From contig CAVZSQ010000019.1 in NCBI GenBank assembly GCA_963777955.1, positions 445,079-509,078 on the forward strand: a stretch of 64,000 bases of DNA, written 5' to 3'. Each line of letters opens with the position of its first letter. Position 1 is the stretch's first letter. The position numbers were made by a program, and so were the translations under genes. Source of the DNA: Calditrichia bacterium. Lineage in GTDB: Bacteria > Calditrichota > Calditrichia > JAJRVZ01. The notes below the pieces were generated by a model. It worked only from the letters and a program-made list of their open reading frames with translations. It searched no databases and was not told the DNA's origin. Shown in pieces: positions 1 to 9,845 of this stretch.

Positions 1-394
1 CGGGGCGATAATACACTTCGGTCGGCGGGCAGTGCAATTGTAACAGGTCCAGAGTATCCGTCTGAAGGTTCTTCAGACTTCGTTCGATGAAAGAAGTCAG
101 ATTTTGCCGGTTATATCCCTCGCTGACATGCGGATCAAGCCGGCGTCCGGCCTTGGTAGTGATATAAAACGGTTCTTTACGCTCACTACGGAGTTTTGCT
201 AACAATCTTTCGCTGTGGCCATCACCGTACACATCGGCAGTGTCGAAGAAATTCACTCCCAGATCCAGGGCGCGATGTAATGCGGCCAGCGATTCCTTAT
301 CATCCACCGTACCCCAGGTACTGCCGATAGCCCAGGCACCAAAACTGACTGCCGACACCCGCCAACCGGTGCGTCCCAGTTCACGATATTCCAT
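1..394 (-). CDS. Aldo/keto reductase (N-terminal part; runs off window)
   Basis: Not in ORF track. Manual translation from ATG at 394: MEYRELGRTGWRVSAVSFGAWAIGSTWGTVDDKESLAALHRALDLGVNFFDTADVYGDGHSE, a typical AKR N-terminus with DTAxxYG motif. Confidence 0.9.
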   Translation of the reverse strand, partial: MEYRELGRTGWRVSAVSFGAWAIGSTWGTVDDKESLAALHRALDLGVNFFDTADVYGDGHSERLLAKLRSERKEPFYITTKAGRRLDPHVSEGYNRQNLTSFIERSLKNLQTDTLDLLQLHCPPTEVYYRP

Positions 395-436
395 AGCTGC
401 CCCCGATTTTTCTAATAGCCCTGACGATATCACAGG

Positions 437-802
437 TCATGGTATAAATGATTTTCTGAGTTCCTCCAGCCGGGTCGGCGCCCCCGGATCATCAGCAAAG
501 ATTTTCACCAGATGCTCGCAGGCGTAATCTGCACAATAGGCACAACTTTCAAGTTTTCTTTCCTGTGCACATTTCCTGATCTGGCACTTCCGGCAGGTCG
601 AAAAAATCCTGTCCGTGGTAGTCCGGCAGCCGTCACAGTCATTAATTTCATGCGGCTGCAATTTCATCCCGTATTGTTCAGAACAGATCCGGGCAATGGA
701 GATCCTCATCGCTTGTTGTGCAGCCACATCCTGTTCCAGGCTGGCCAGATAAATCGGACAACCGCTGCAATTCAAACCGCAATATGCTATCATATTATTC
801 AT
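437..802 (-). CDS. DUF3795-type Cys-rich (Fe-S/Zn-binding) protein
   Basis: IAYCGLNCSGCP...CDGCR...CxxCxIRKCA...CAYCADYAC pattern. Confidence 0.8.
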   Translation of the reverse strand: MNNMIAYCGLNCSGCPIYLASLEQDVAAQQAMRISIARICSEQYGMKLQPHEINDCDGCRTTTDRIFSTCRKCQIRKCAQERKLESCAYCADYACEHLVKIFADDPGAPTRLEELRKSFIP

Positions 803-828
803 AATAAGTATTATTTATTTTACAACCT

Positions 829-852
829 GGGCGCGGTGCACCGCGCCCTTAC
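829..852. repeat. GTAG-type REP-like palindrome
   Basis: GGGCGCGGTGCACCGCGCCC-TTAC perfect inverted repeat. Confidence 0.75.
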
Positions 853-892
853 AGATATCTTTCATCGAATCCATGCCTATAATATATTTTAT

Positions 893-1102
893 TCAAATAA
901 CCTGCAATAGCGCCGGAGGCAAATATGGAATAGGTTTCTTCAGGACTCTAGTCAGATTTCCGGTACCACAGCCGGCATCCAGTACACTTTCATCTTTATG
1001 GATATCCAAAAGCGTAAAAAGAATATCCGCTGCGGAACTTTGAATAATGGAGGTTTCCTTATATCTCCGTGCAATTTCTGAAAAGTGTTCCGTGGACATC
1101 AT
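893..1102 (-). pseudogene. Truncated class I SAM methyltransferase fragment
   Basis: VLDAGCGTGNLT motif I present, but ORF ends about 15 aa later and no continuation was seen before the next gene. Confidence 0.6.
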
Positions 1103-1125
1103 CCGACACTTAGCATTCTAATACA

Positions 1126-1563
1126 TTAACTGAGCAGGAGTATCAGTAACCACACTACTAAAGCAACAGCGTAAATTCCCAGAACAATCAAAGTTAACAC
1201 ACCGAAAAAAGTGAAATGAGAATTCAAATTTTTTAAGGCATAGGCTAAATCATTGCTATCTGCATGAGCCAGACTGCTTTTTGTGTGCACCGAAAAACGA
1301 TACAGATATAGATATGGAAAAAAATAAATAACTGCGATAATTATAAAAACAATAGCAAGAATAATTCCGGAAACAGGCCCCAGCGCTTCTTCACTGTCGA
1401 GCATCGACATGACAAAGGTCATAGCGATGCCCATGATAATCATAATACCAAGACCAATGAATCCTAAAACCGAAAAGAACATAGTCCATTTTCTGATTTG
1501 ACCGAGATGCGTTACTGCTTCCTGAGTGAGTCCAATTTTAAATTCCGGAACGAAATTTTCCAT
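1126..1563 (-). CDS. DUF5362-like membrane protein
   Basis: KWTMFFSVLGFIG...YFFPYLYLYRFS...ALKNLNSHFTFFG pattern, 3 TM segments; start trimmed to ATG 1563 after GGGAGG RBS. Confidence 0.75.
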   Translation of the reverse strand: MENFVPEFKIGLTQEAVTHLGQIRKWTMFFSVLGFIGLGIMIIMGIAMTFVMSMLDSEEALGPVSGIILAIVFIIIAVIYFFPYLYLYRFSVHTKSSLAHADSNDLAYALKNLNSHFTFFGVLTLIVLGIYAVALVVWLLILLLS

Positions 1564-1659
1564 TTTTCCCTCCCAAACTTTTTTCACTGTGTTCTGATTA
1601 ATTATAAAATAAGTCGAAAAGCAGACAAATCAAACACCATACTTGACCGTACGGCAAAT

Positions 1660-2367
1660 TTATAAAAGATAGGTCAAAATAGCATTCATTAATTTATTGC
1701 CGGTATTATAATTAGAAGTAGAAACCAGGCGAAGATCTTGCTCGGTTTGAACATAGGCTGCCGGGCAGAGTTCGTCACGACAGTTTTCTATGAGACTCAG
1801 GACACCTGCGGGGGTCGTTTCCAGGTGAAACTGCAGTCCGATTACATTTTGCCTTAACTGAAAAGCCTGATGTTCGCAAGCGGCACTGCGGGCCAGTGGA
1901 ACAGCACCTTCAGGCAAATCAAATGTCTCGCCATGCCAGTGGAAGGCTATAAACTCTGCAGGGAAATTAAAGACATGATTTGAGGTGATTAGTGACTGGA
2001 CAGGAAACCAGCCGATTTCCTTGACGGGGTTGGTATAAATATGGGCACCAAGGGCACTGGCAATGAGTTGCGCACCCAGACAGATACCCAGAACCGGAAT
2101 ATTTTGCCTGATCGCCTCACGGATAAAATGTTTTTCAGATATGAGCCAGGGATATTTTTCTTCGTCATTAACGCTCATTGGACCGCCCATGACAATCAGC
2201 GCATCAACCTGTTCAAGGGCAGGCAAACTATCGCCGGCAAAAAAACGTGTATAACTGGTGAGCATGCCCCGCCTTTTCAACCATGGAGCGATACTCCCCA
2301 GATCCTCGAAGGGAACATGCTGAAAAACGTGGACTCTAATTTTTTTTCTGATCGTGGTAGTACGCAT
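1660..2367 (-). CDS. Type 1 glutamine amidotransferase (GMP-synthase-like GATase1)
   Basis: QHVPFEDLG, GGPMSVND, LGICLGAQL (catalytic Cys), WHGETF, LQFHLE. Confidence 0.92.
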   Translation of the reverse strand: MRTTTIRKKIRVHVFQHVPFEDLGSIAPWLKRRGMLTSYTRFFAGDSLPALEQVDALIVMGGPMSVNDEEKYPWLISEKHFIREAIRQNIPVLGICLGAQLIASALGAHIYTNPVKEIGWFPVQSLITSNHVFNFPAEFIAFHWHGETFDLPEGAVPLARSAACEHQAFQLRQNVIGLQFHLETTPAGVLSLIENCRDELCPAAYVQTEQDLRLVSTSNYNTGNKLMNAILTYLL

Positions 2368-2489
2368 TGCACAGATGCCAGATTTTTTCAGCAGAAGCAA
2401 GTATTCCTATTATTTTCAATGTAACAGCGTGTTCACCTGGTTTATTTCCGGGTAATTTTATACGTAAACCCGGTTTTATTTTTTCATCA

Positions 2490-2516
2490 GTAGGGGCGAG
2501 GTTACCTCGCCCTTAC
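2490..2516. repeat. GTAG-type REP palindrome overlapping isochorismatase stop codon
   Basis: GTAGGGGCGAGGTTACCTCGCCCTTAC. Confidence 0.8.
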
Positions 2517-3193
2517 ATGAAAACGGAACGTAATGCCTCGATTATCTGGGCCTGGGATAAAACCCGCGCAAAACCCTTACGTAATACTTTCAGTTCCGGT
2601 TCCTGCATGGTTGGATCATCCGTTGAGGTCACATCACTGCCGAAAACCACTTTGAACCCGCGTTCATAAGCCTGCCGGGCGGTGGTGCCGCAGCAGAAAT
2701 TAGTTAATGTTCCACAAATGATCACTGTATCTTTATTAAGATTTTTCAGGATGGTCTCTAAGGGAGTATCATAAAATGCTCCATAGGACGGTTTTAGAAT
2801 CACCAGATCATTGGGCAGCGGTGTTAATTCAGGCCATATTTTGGATTCCTTAAACCACGAGAAATGATCAATGCCAACTTCGGGATAACGGTTGGGCATG
2901 GCTTCGCCTGTTTTAGGACGGTCCAGGAAATGGTGAGTAGGACCGAATGCCGTATAAATAATCGGTATATTTTGGGATCGGCAGAATTCGATCAGAGTTT
3001 TAATGGAATTAACCTGACGGGTTGCTTCGGGAACCCAGTAAGGAGTCCAGCCGGGTTTTACAAACTCCTCCTGCATATCGATCACCAGCAGAGCACATTT
3101 TTCTGCTACAATCTCGAATTTTGCCTGGCCTTCCGAGTAAGCCCTGCGGGCCAGATTCAGGACTTCCTGTTCGCTGTAAGATTTTTGTTTCAT
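2513..3193 (-). CDS. Isochorismatase-family cysteine hydrolase
   Basis: ALLVIDMQ, K in ILKPSYGAFYDTPL, TNFCCGTTARQA. Confidence 0.9.
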   Translation of the reverse strand: MKQKSYSEQEVLNLARRAYSEGQAKFEIVAEKCALLVIDMQEEFVKPGWTPYWVPEATRQVNSIKTLIEFCRSQNIPIIYTAFGPTHHFLDRPKTGEAMPNRYPEVGIDHFSWFKESKIWPELTPLPNDLVILKPSYGAFYDTPLETILKNLNKDTVIICGTLTNFCCGTTARQAYERGFKVVFGSDVTSTDDPTMQEPELKVLRKGFARVLSQAQIIEALRSVFM

Positions 3194-3195
3194 GA

Positions 3196-4002
3196 TTAAG
3201 TACCCTTTATGCCTTTCCCTTTAAAAAATGTGTAACAAAATACACCACCCTCTTCCGCGGTACGATAAAGATCTGCGATACCCTGCAGCCATTCCTGTTT
3301 GGAGATAAGAGCATTCTGCAGCGCGTTCTGCTCCACCCCTTCAATCATCGCGGTAAAAGTGTTTTTTGTAAAACCTTCGACTAAATCCGGCCGGTTATGA
3401 TCAGCATAGACCATACGCGGTGAAACAGTACAATTGATAAATCCGGCCTGTTGCAGCAGGGGGAAAAGTGTTCTGCCGATCAGGGAATTCCCGCCGCGTC
3501 CAGCCTGTAAATCCACCAGGCAGTTTATGGCTTTCTGGGCAGCGGCACTATATGGATAATAATAGGCCGAACCATGATCCCCCTCAATCACGGTCATGCT
3601 TCCACCTGTTTTAAGCACTCTTTTTAAACAATCCAGGGCTCGCAGCGGATCGGCCAGATGTTCCAGTACAAAACAGACAAAAATGTGATCAAAATATTCA
3701 GAATCAAAATTCAGGTTAAAAATATCACCTGTCTGAAATTCCACATTTTTAATCTGTAACGATTGAATCAGTTTCTGCGCCTGGAGCAGTGACGATTCGG
3801 ATATATCGATTGAGGTAAAATGACAGGCAGGATTTTTCGCAGCGATGATTTTGGTTTGGGCTCCCACACCGCAACCCGCTTCCAGTACTTTGCTTTTCAC
3901 GGGAAATACAGAATCGTGGTGCAACAATTCATCTAAGGTATCAGCCTGGTCATGCAACCGTTCAGATTCCCGGTCGGAATATCCATGAACATAATTATCC
4001 AT
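3196..4002 (-). CDS. Class I SAM-dependent methyltransferase
   Basis: VLEAGCGVGAQT motif I; FDHIFVCFVLEHL. Confidence 0.9.
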   Translation of the reverse strand: MDNYVHGYSDRESERLHDQADTLDELLHHDSVFPVKSKVLEAGCGVGAQTKIIAAKNPACHFTSIDISESSLLQAQKLIQSLQIKNVEFQTGDIFNLNFDSEYFDHIFVCFVLEHLADPLRALDCLKRVLKTGGSMTVIEGDHGSAYYYPYSAAAQKAINCLVDLQAGRGGNSLIGRTLFPLLQQAGFINCTVSPRMVYADHNRPDLVEGFTKNTFTAMIEGVEQNALQNALISKQEWLQGIADLYRTAEEGGVFCYTFFKGKGIKGT

Positions 4003-4112
4003 GTCATTACCTTAAAAGAAAAAATGACTTATATATGTTTTACAATTTTAACTAAAAGGAATGATAAAAGTAAGTAGCGGGCAGTATTATTTCGCTTTAA
4101 AGTTCATGGCCT

Positions 4113-5247
4113 TCATTGATCGAGTCTGATTCCATCAAGATCATCGAAACGGGCTACTATGCCCCAACCATAGAAAAAGTTGGTAACTCCGATCAGCAGA
4201 TAGTTTTCACCTTGGTGTAATGGAACTTTAAACGAACAATTTTCTATAGAACATCTGCCGTCAGGATTTTTAGCCATAGGGGTGTTATAGAGGTTTTTAT
4301 CAACATACAAAGGACTTTCGTTTATGATAACCCACACTTCATCACTAAATCCGAGATGAAGCATTTTATTCTGGTCCTTATCCGAGTGAATGGCTGTTTT
4401 CAACCAAACGATTCTCCTGCCATTTGTCATGCCAAACTTGCGAGTGAGATTGATCAACCCACGGCGTTCAGCCGAAATCGTTTCCCATTTCGTTTCCGGG
4501 GTAGGTATATATTCATAACTGAAATCGATATTTTGAGCCGTGGTAATTGGCTCACTAACCTGCCATTTTCTCAAGTAACGTGGATCGCTGGTGAAAGGAT
4601 CAATACCCGCTTCCGGTGCGAGTCCTTCTACAGAATTATGTTTAATTTGCAGATTTGCTATAATTACCTGGCCGTCAAATGCTAAAGTACCTGAAGTTAC
4701 ATTTCCTTCCAACATGGGTACTTCCAACGTTGGTCTGGCCAGGTCATTTACATAAGCCCGCATTTGTTTACCTGAAATTACCAGTTTCACATGGTTCCAG
4801 TTTTCCTTTATGAAGTTTGTGTTTGTTTGAAAATAAAAAAGCAGATCCCAAAGATTTACTCCATCAATTGTCGGAGCATATTGAATAGCATCAATAGCTT
4901 GTGGATGGCCTGCCCGCTCTGTCCGGAAATAGAAACATTCATTTTCTTTTGCATCTTTCCATCTGAAATATATTGATGTGAATCGGGGATCCAGTGGTTC
5001 CATATCATATTCAATTGTACCGTTGCTGAAATTTAAGTTCTTCAGTATTACCGGATCGCTGCTGGTCAGTAATTTCATAGTCGGTACGGATTTGTACTCC
5101 AGAAACTCTGCAGTTTGGGGTTTAAATTCCCAATTCATGAGCTTTAAGTGGAATAATATTTACACCTGTATTCTGTTTCTGGGCGAAACAGCAAACACAG
5201 CAGAGAAAGAGGAGGCAGAGTGAAGTTATCTTGTGCAGATTTATCAT
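4113..5247 (-). CDS. Secreted hypothetical protein (ConA/DUF1080-like beta domain plus C-terminal beta-sandwich); frameshift near 5138
   Basis: 341-aa ORF 4113-5138. An upstream frame from ATG 5247 (overlapping the prior stop) gives signal peptide MINLHKITSLCLLFLCCVCCFAQ. Confidence 0.6.
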
Positions 5248-5784
5248 GGCTTTAATATCCTTATAGTAATTGGATATTTATATGGTTGATTATTCATAAC
5301 TTTGATCGTATTTATTATGATGATGACCATGCTATATATACCCAGAAAAACTAGTATCGGTATGGTTATGAGTAAGAAAACCAATAAGGCACATGGAACT
5401 AGGTAAAGTAACATGCTCAACTGAAAGTTTATAACATCAATTCCATGTTCCCTCACATTTTTGATTTTATCTTTTTTCCAGACCCAGATAATAACCGGCG
5501 GAAAAAGCAGAACAAACAAACCACTCAAATGCAGGAGTGGTAACCATATACTGTTGTCATTTAATTGTGCTGCTTCGAGAGCAGTTTGATTACAGTCGGT
5601 CAGTTCCTCAAAATTGACCTCTAAGACCTTTGCTATAGTTTTTAAGTGTAAATCCTCTGGGGACGACATCACCATTTTCGATACGCTGGATCGTTCGGAC
5701 ACTCATATAGGTTTTAGCCGCAAGTTCTTCCTGGGTAATGCCCATTTTTAATCTTAAATCTTTTATTAATTGCCCGCTGGTCAT
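5244..5784 (-). CDS. XRE-family HTH regulator fused to DUF4870 membrane domain (frameshift near 5640-5660)
   Basis: GQLIKDLRLKMGITQEELA...SVRTIQRIENG (HTH) in one frame; LLHLSGL...EHGIDVINFQLS...YKYP (DUF4870) in the adjacent frame. Confidence 0.85.
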
Positions 5785-5831
5785 AAAAGTCTCCTGGCTA
5801 AGTATAGGCATAGATAGGGGATAATCCAACT

Positions 5832-5870
5832 ACATTCACCCGACATTCATCCGACATTCCCCCGACATTT
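5832..5870. promoter_or_regulatory. 11-bp-period direct repeats, putative operator
   Basis: ACATTCACCCG-ACATTCATCCG-ACATTCCCCCG-ACATTT directly upstream of the XRE gene. Confidence 0.55.
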
Positions 5871-5903
5871 AAAGATCAATCCTTATCAATCAGAAGAATA
5901 TCA

Positions 5904-7896
5904 TTATCGCGCAGGAGCCAGATGTGGAATCCAGACCATCATTTTTGTAATGCCGCGGTTATTCCACAAATAATACGGAATGGCGGTAATTTGATTGTTC
6001 GTAGGGGCACGATGCATCGTGCCTCTACCAGGGCCACCAATAATCGTTTTCACCCCCGTGAATTCATTAATACCGTCCAATATTGACAATTCCTCATCAT
6101 CCGGAAGAATTATATTGTCAATCTTGTTATTGTTATCAATCCCCTCCAGACAATAGACAATCGGACCGCGTTCAATCGCAACTTTTCCCGTATCATCAGT
6201 GACATTAATGTTGGCCGTCACCCGGTGAATATTCAGCGGCAGCACATACTCGATAATATCCCCTGCTTTCCATTCTCGGTCAATTACTGCATACCCGTTT
6301 TCGGTTTTATATTCTGCATCCTTTCCATTTACTTTGATTGAAAAAGTTTCATTGACTCGGTGAAAGATATGAATACAAATCACCGGGTACCGGCTGATTG
6401 CGGACCCAGCCGGGAATCCGCAGATAAAGAGCAAAGGATAATTTCTTGGCTGGATTTACTTTGATTTTAATGCTGCCGTCCCAGGGATAACGGGTTTCCT
6501 GGCTGATTTCAACCGGAATTTTTCCGTTGAGTTTGATTTTGGCCGTGCTGCCGATAAAAAGATTCACATAAATACTTTTTTCTTTCTGCGCGTAAATATA
6601 ACCGGGAACAGACGGCAGGAAACGGCATAAATTGGTCGGACAGCAGGAACAATTGAACCAGGGCTGGCGGGTCAAGGCCCCCTGGTTAAATTTATATTTG
6701 GCATCACAGGCCAGCGGATTAGCATAGAAAAAGGTGGAACCATCCTGTCCCACTCCCGAGATGACATTATTATACAGACTGCGTTCCAATACATCGATGT
6801 ATTTTGAATCACCGTGTAAAAGAAACATACGGTAATTCCAGTACACATTGGCTATGGCTGCACAGGTTTCGTTATAAGCCGTAAGATTCGGCAATTCATA
6901 GTTATTGCCAAAACTTTCACCGCCATGCCGGGCCCCGATGCCGCCGGTAATATAAAGTTTTTTCGAAACCACATTATTCCAGATCCTATCGATGGCCTGA
7001 ATATAATCCTGGTTACCGGTCAGGGCTGCCACATCGGCCACGCCTGAATACAAATATCCGGCCCGCACGGCATGACCGACCGCTTCGTCCTGATCAATCA
7101 ACGGTTTATGATCCTGGGAGTAGATACGGGTAGAGTCCATCTCTTTACCACGGCAATCGATAAAGAATTTGGCCAGATCGAGATATTTCTTTTCTCCGCT
7201 CAGGCGATAAATCTTTACCAGTCCCATTTCCACGATTTCGTGTCCCGGGGAATCATTACGTTTTCCCGGACCAAAAACCGTGGTCAGCAACTCAGCATTT
7301 TTCAAGGCGATATCCAGCAGGTTTCTTCTTCCGGTGGCTTTGTAATGAGCCGCTGCCGCCTCAAATAAATGTCCGGAATTATACAATTCATGGCTGCCGT
7401 TGGCTTCATTTACCCAGCGTTCTTTACCGGCCCATTCATGCGGATTCTGCGGATCAATGGTCCGGGCAGTATATAAATAACCGTCCGGCTCCTGAGCAGC
7501 AGCAATTATGGTAATGAGGCTGTCTACATATTTATCAAGTACAGGATCAGGATGGACAGTCAAGGAGTAGGAAGCGCCTTCAATAATTTTATATACATCA
7601 GTATCATCAAAAGGATAAGCAGTTAATAATTTGCCCTGCTTTTTCGCAGCCAGTATAAAATTTTCAATCCGTCCGGTTTCTGCGCATTTTTTAAATGAGA
7701 CAGGAATTGTGACGGTGCGATTGATTTCGATCCGCGGCAACCAGAATTCATCATGAATCGTCACCTGATCGAAAGGAACGCCCTGATACATATAATCAGG
7801 ATTTGGTTGGATTAGAGTGTTTACCCTGCTACAGGTTAATTGGATGATAGTTAATAATAGGAATAAATAAAAAGAAATGTAATTTTTGGGATTCAT
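5904..7896 (-). CDS. Glycoside hydrolase family 127 (beta-L-arabinofuranosidase-like), frameshift near 6350
   Basis: HELYNSGHL, GHAVRAGY, YNETCAAIA, CSCCPTN, LRIPGW, ERGPIVYCLE, AIPYYLWNNRG. Confidence 0.93.
6001..6028. repeat. GTAG-type REP inside GH127 coding sequence
   Basis: GTAGGGGCACGATGCATCGTGCCTCTAC. Confidence 0.8.
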
Positions 7897-7930
7897 AATT
7901 CAAATAACCTCTAAATATATTCTGACATGT

Positions 7931-7962
7931 TTGAAGGGGCAATTCATGAATTGCCCCTTCAA
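7931..7962. repeat. REP-like perfect palindrome
   Basis: TTGAAGGGGCAATTCATGAATTGCCCCTTCAA; same core as 43528-43557. Confidence 0.85.
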
Positions 7963-8094
7963 TTATAAAAACCGTTAATTATTATCCGGTGTTAATGACC
8001 GCCGCCATAGTTAGAAGGTCAACCACCAAACTGCAATACTTCTCAAGCCAGGTAGTGTGTTTTCATACCTGTTTTGTTGTGATTATATACAGTA

Positions 8095-9009
8095 TCACTG
8101 GTAAGGCTCATCAAAATGTCTATTCCGTTTCAGATACAATTTTTTATTAGAGTAATCAAATATCAAGTTAAACCTGCGCAGAGATCCATTTCCCAGAATG
8201 GCCTCGGCACCATCTTGTTTTGAACGGACTGCTGCGGGGGCAAAAGATGCTTTTACATTATTTAACTCAAACGGACCAATACATAATTTTTTTATAGTGC
8301 CGGTTTTCCCGTAGATATCACCGCTCAGACCTCTGCCAAGATATTGATTAGAAGTATCATGTGGAAATGAAAACTTCATATCGGGTTTTTCCAATAAGAG
8401 AACAGCATCACTCGCAGCAAAATCAATATACATGGCCAGAGAAATCTGTTTTTCTTTTTCAATTACCACGGAAGCATTCAGCCAGGGGATGTTATTTGTT
8501 TTAAAATATAAAGGAACTTCAGTCCAACCAGAGTCGAATTTAATATCATTTGTTTTGTGCAAGATCATGGTATTCTTATCGTAATCAAACTCAGTTGTAT
8601 AATGGCCGAAAATTGAATAACCAATTATCCCATTTGATGGAAAACCTTTATAAATGTCATTCTGCAGTATAATAATCCGCTGATTTATCATTGTAATATC
8701 GCCAACATTAAAATCAGCCGAATCAATCATCAATGCTATTGAGGCCTCTCCACTTCCGGCACCGCCAAGTTGTACTGCCATCGCGTTGTTTAAGTCCAGA
8801 GAATCATTATACTCCGGATTATAGATCATTAATCCATCATAGGCGAATCCGGTATCAAGTATTATATCAGGAATCAACAGATTCCCTATTTTTACCGATA
8901 CCATTGTCTTGTTTCTGACCACCTTAATGGCAATGCTATTTGTTTCCTGACCGTTCGCAGAAGAATTCAACAGGGTTAAGAGTAAAAAGAAAATAATACA
9001 ATTTTTCAT
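8095..9009 (-). CDS. Secreted retropepsin-like aspartyl protease (two lobes)
   Basis: Signal peptide; ILDTG, GIIGY, second degenerate IDFA, ILGNGSLRRFNLIFDY. Confidence 0.8.
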   Translation of the reverse strand: MKNCIIFFLLLTLLNSSANGQETNSIAIKVVRNKTMVSVKIGNLLIPDIILDTGFAYDGLMIYNPEYNDSLDLNNAMAVQLGGAGSGEASIALMIDSADFNVGDITMINQRIIILQNDIYKGFPSNGIIGYSIFGHYTTEFDYDKNTMILHKTNDIKFDSGWTEVPLYFKTNNIPWLNASVVIEKEKQISLAMYIDFAASDAVLLLEKPDMKFSFPHDTSNQYLGRGLSGDIYGKTGTIKKLCIGPFELNNVKASFAPAAVRSKQDGAEAILGNGSLRRFNLIFDYSNKKLYLKRNRHFDEPYQ

Positions 9010-9099
9010 GCTTAAGCAATGATTGGATGTTTGTTGATATCAACAATATGTATAAATTGTACTTTCAATTTTCCCTCTCAAAATGGAAAGCAGTAGTAA

Positions 9100-9375
9100 T
9101 CAGCGTTCTGCAAAAGATTGATCCGGCAGTTTATTAAGATTTTCTATAAATCTGGCCAGGTTGAAGGAATCTTTGTATTTCATGATATAGTATGTCTCAG
9201 CGGCAATGGCCGATCCAATCAACAGTTTGGCATCATGCTCACTTATACCGGCTGCGAGTAAACGGTCAAAGGTCTTTCTGGTTTCGGGCGGATTATTATC
9301 GCGCAATTGATTTTCCACAATTTCAAGATAGGTGGCTTGTAAAATGGGATTATAATCTGATTGTTTCTTTTTCAT
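9100..9375 (-). CDS. Conserved small hypothetical protein
   Basis: IVENQLRDNNPPETRKTFDRL motif; AGGA RBS. Confidence 0.7.
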   Translation of the reverse strand: MKKKQSDYNPILQATYLEIVENQLRDNNPPETRKTFDRLLAAGISEHDAKLLIGSAIAAETYYIMKYKDSFNLARFIENLNKLPDQSFAER

Positions 9376-9544
9376 AAAATCATCCTATATCTAATGAATG
9401 ACATATTATATTATTTCGATTTATTACTAAACTCAATAAAATTCTAAAATGAATTGTATTTTCTGACGACCTGCAGAGATTTTATAAAATGTCTGGATGG
9501 TTCGTGACCTATCCTTAAATGAACCTAACACGCTGCAAAAGATC

Positions 9545-9624
9545 AAGCCGCAACTCAAGAGTTGCGGCTACCGTTCTTCAATGACCGCTATAACTATAAA
9601 GCGCAATCTGAAGATTGCGACTAC
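9545..9624. repeat. Two GTAG-type REP palindromes (second subfamily)
   Basis: AGCCGCAACTCAAGAGTTGCGGCTAC and GCGCAATCTGAAGATTGCGACTAC; similar to copies at 63915-64000. Confidence 0.7.
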
Positions 9625-9794
9625 CAATCATCGTCGCCAATATTCTACTGATTCTATTTTACGCCTGCGGGGTCACGGATTGATGGAGAAATTCCCGTGG
9701 CTATAAATATCCGGTGCCTGCGGCACCATTACTACAATATATATTATGCTTTTACCGTTTCTATCTTATCTCTAAATTAATAAGTTTATATATT

Positions 9795-9840
9795 TCTTTG
9801 TCCCTTTGTCCCTTTGTCCCTTTGCCTGCCCTTTGTGCCT
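9795..9840. repeat. 8-bp tandem repeat (CTTTGTCC)n
   Basis: ctttgtccctttgtccctttgtccctttgcctgccctttgtgcct. Confidence 0.85.
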
Positions 9841-9845
9841 TTTCT

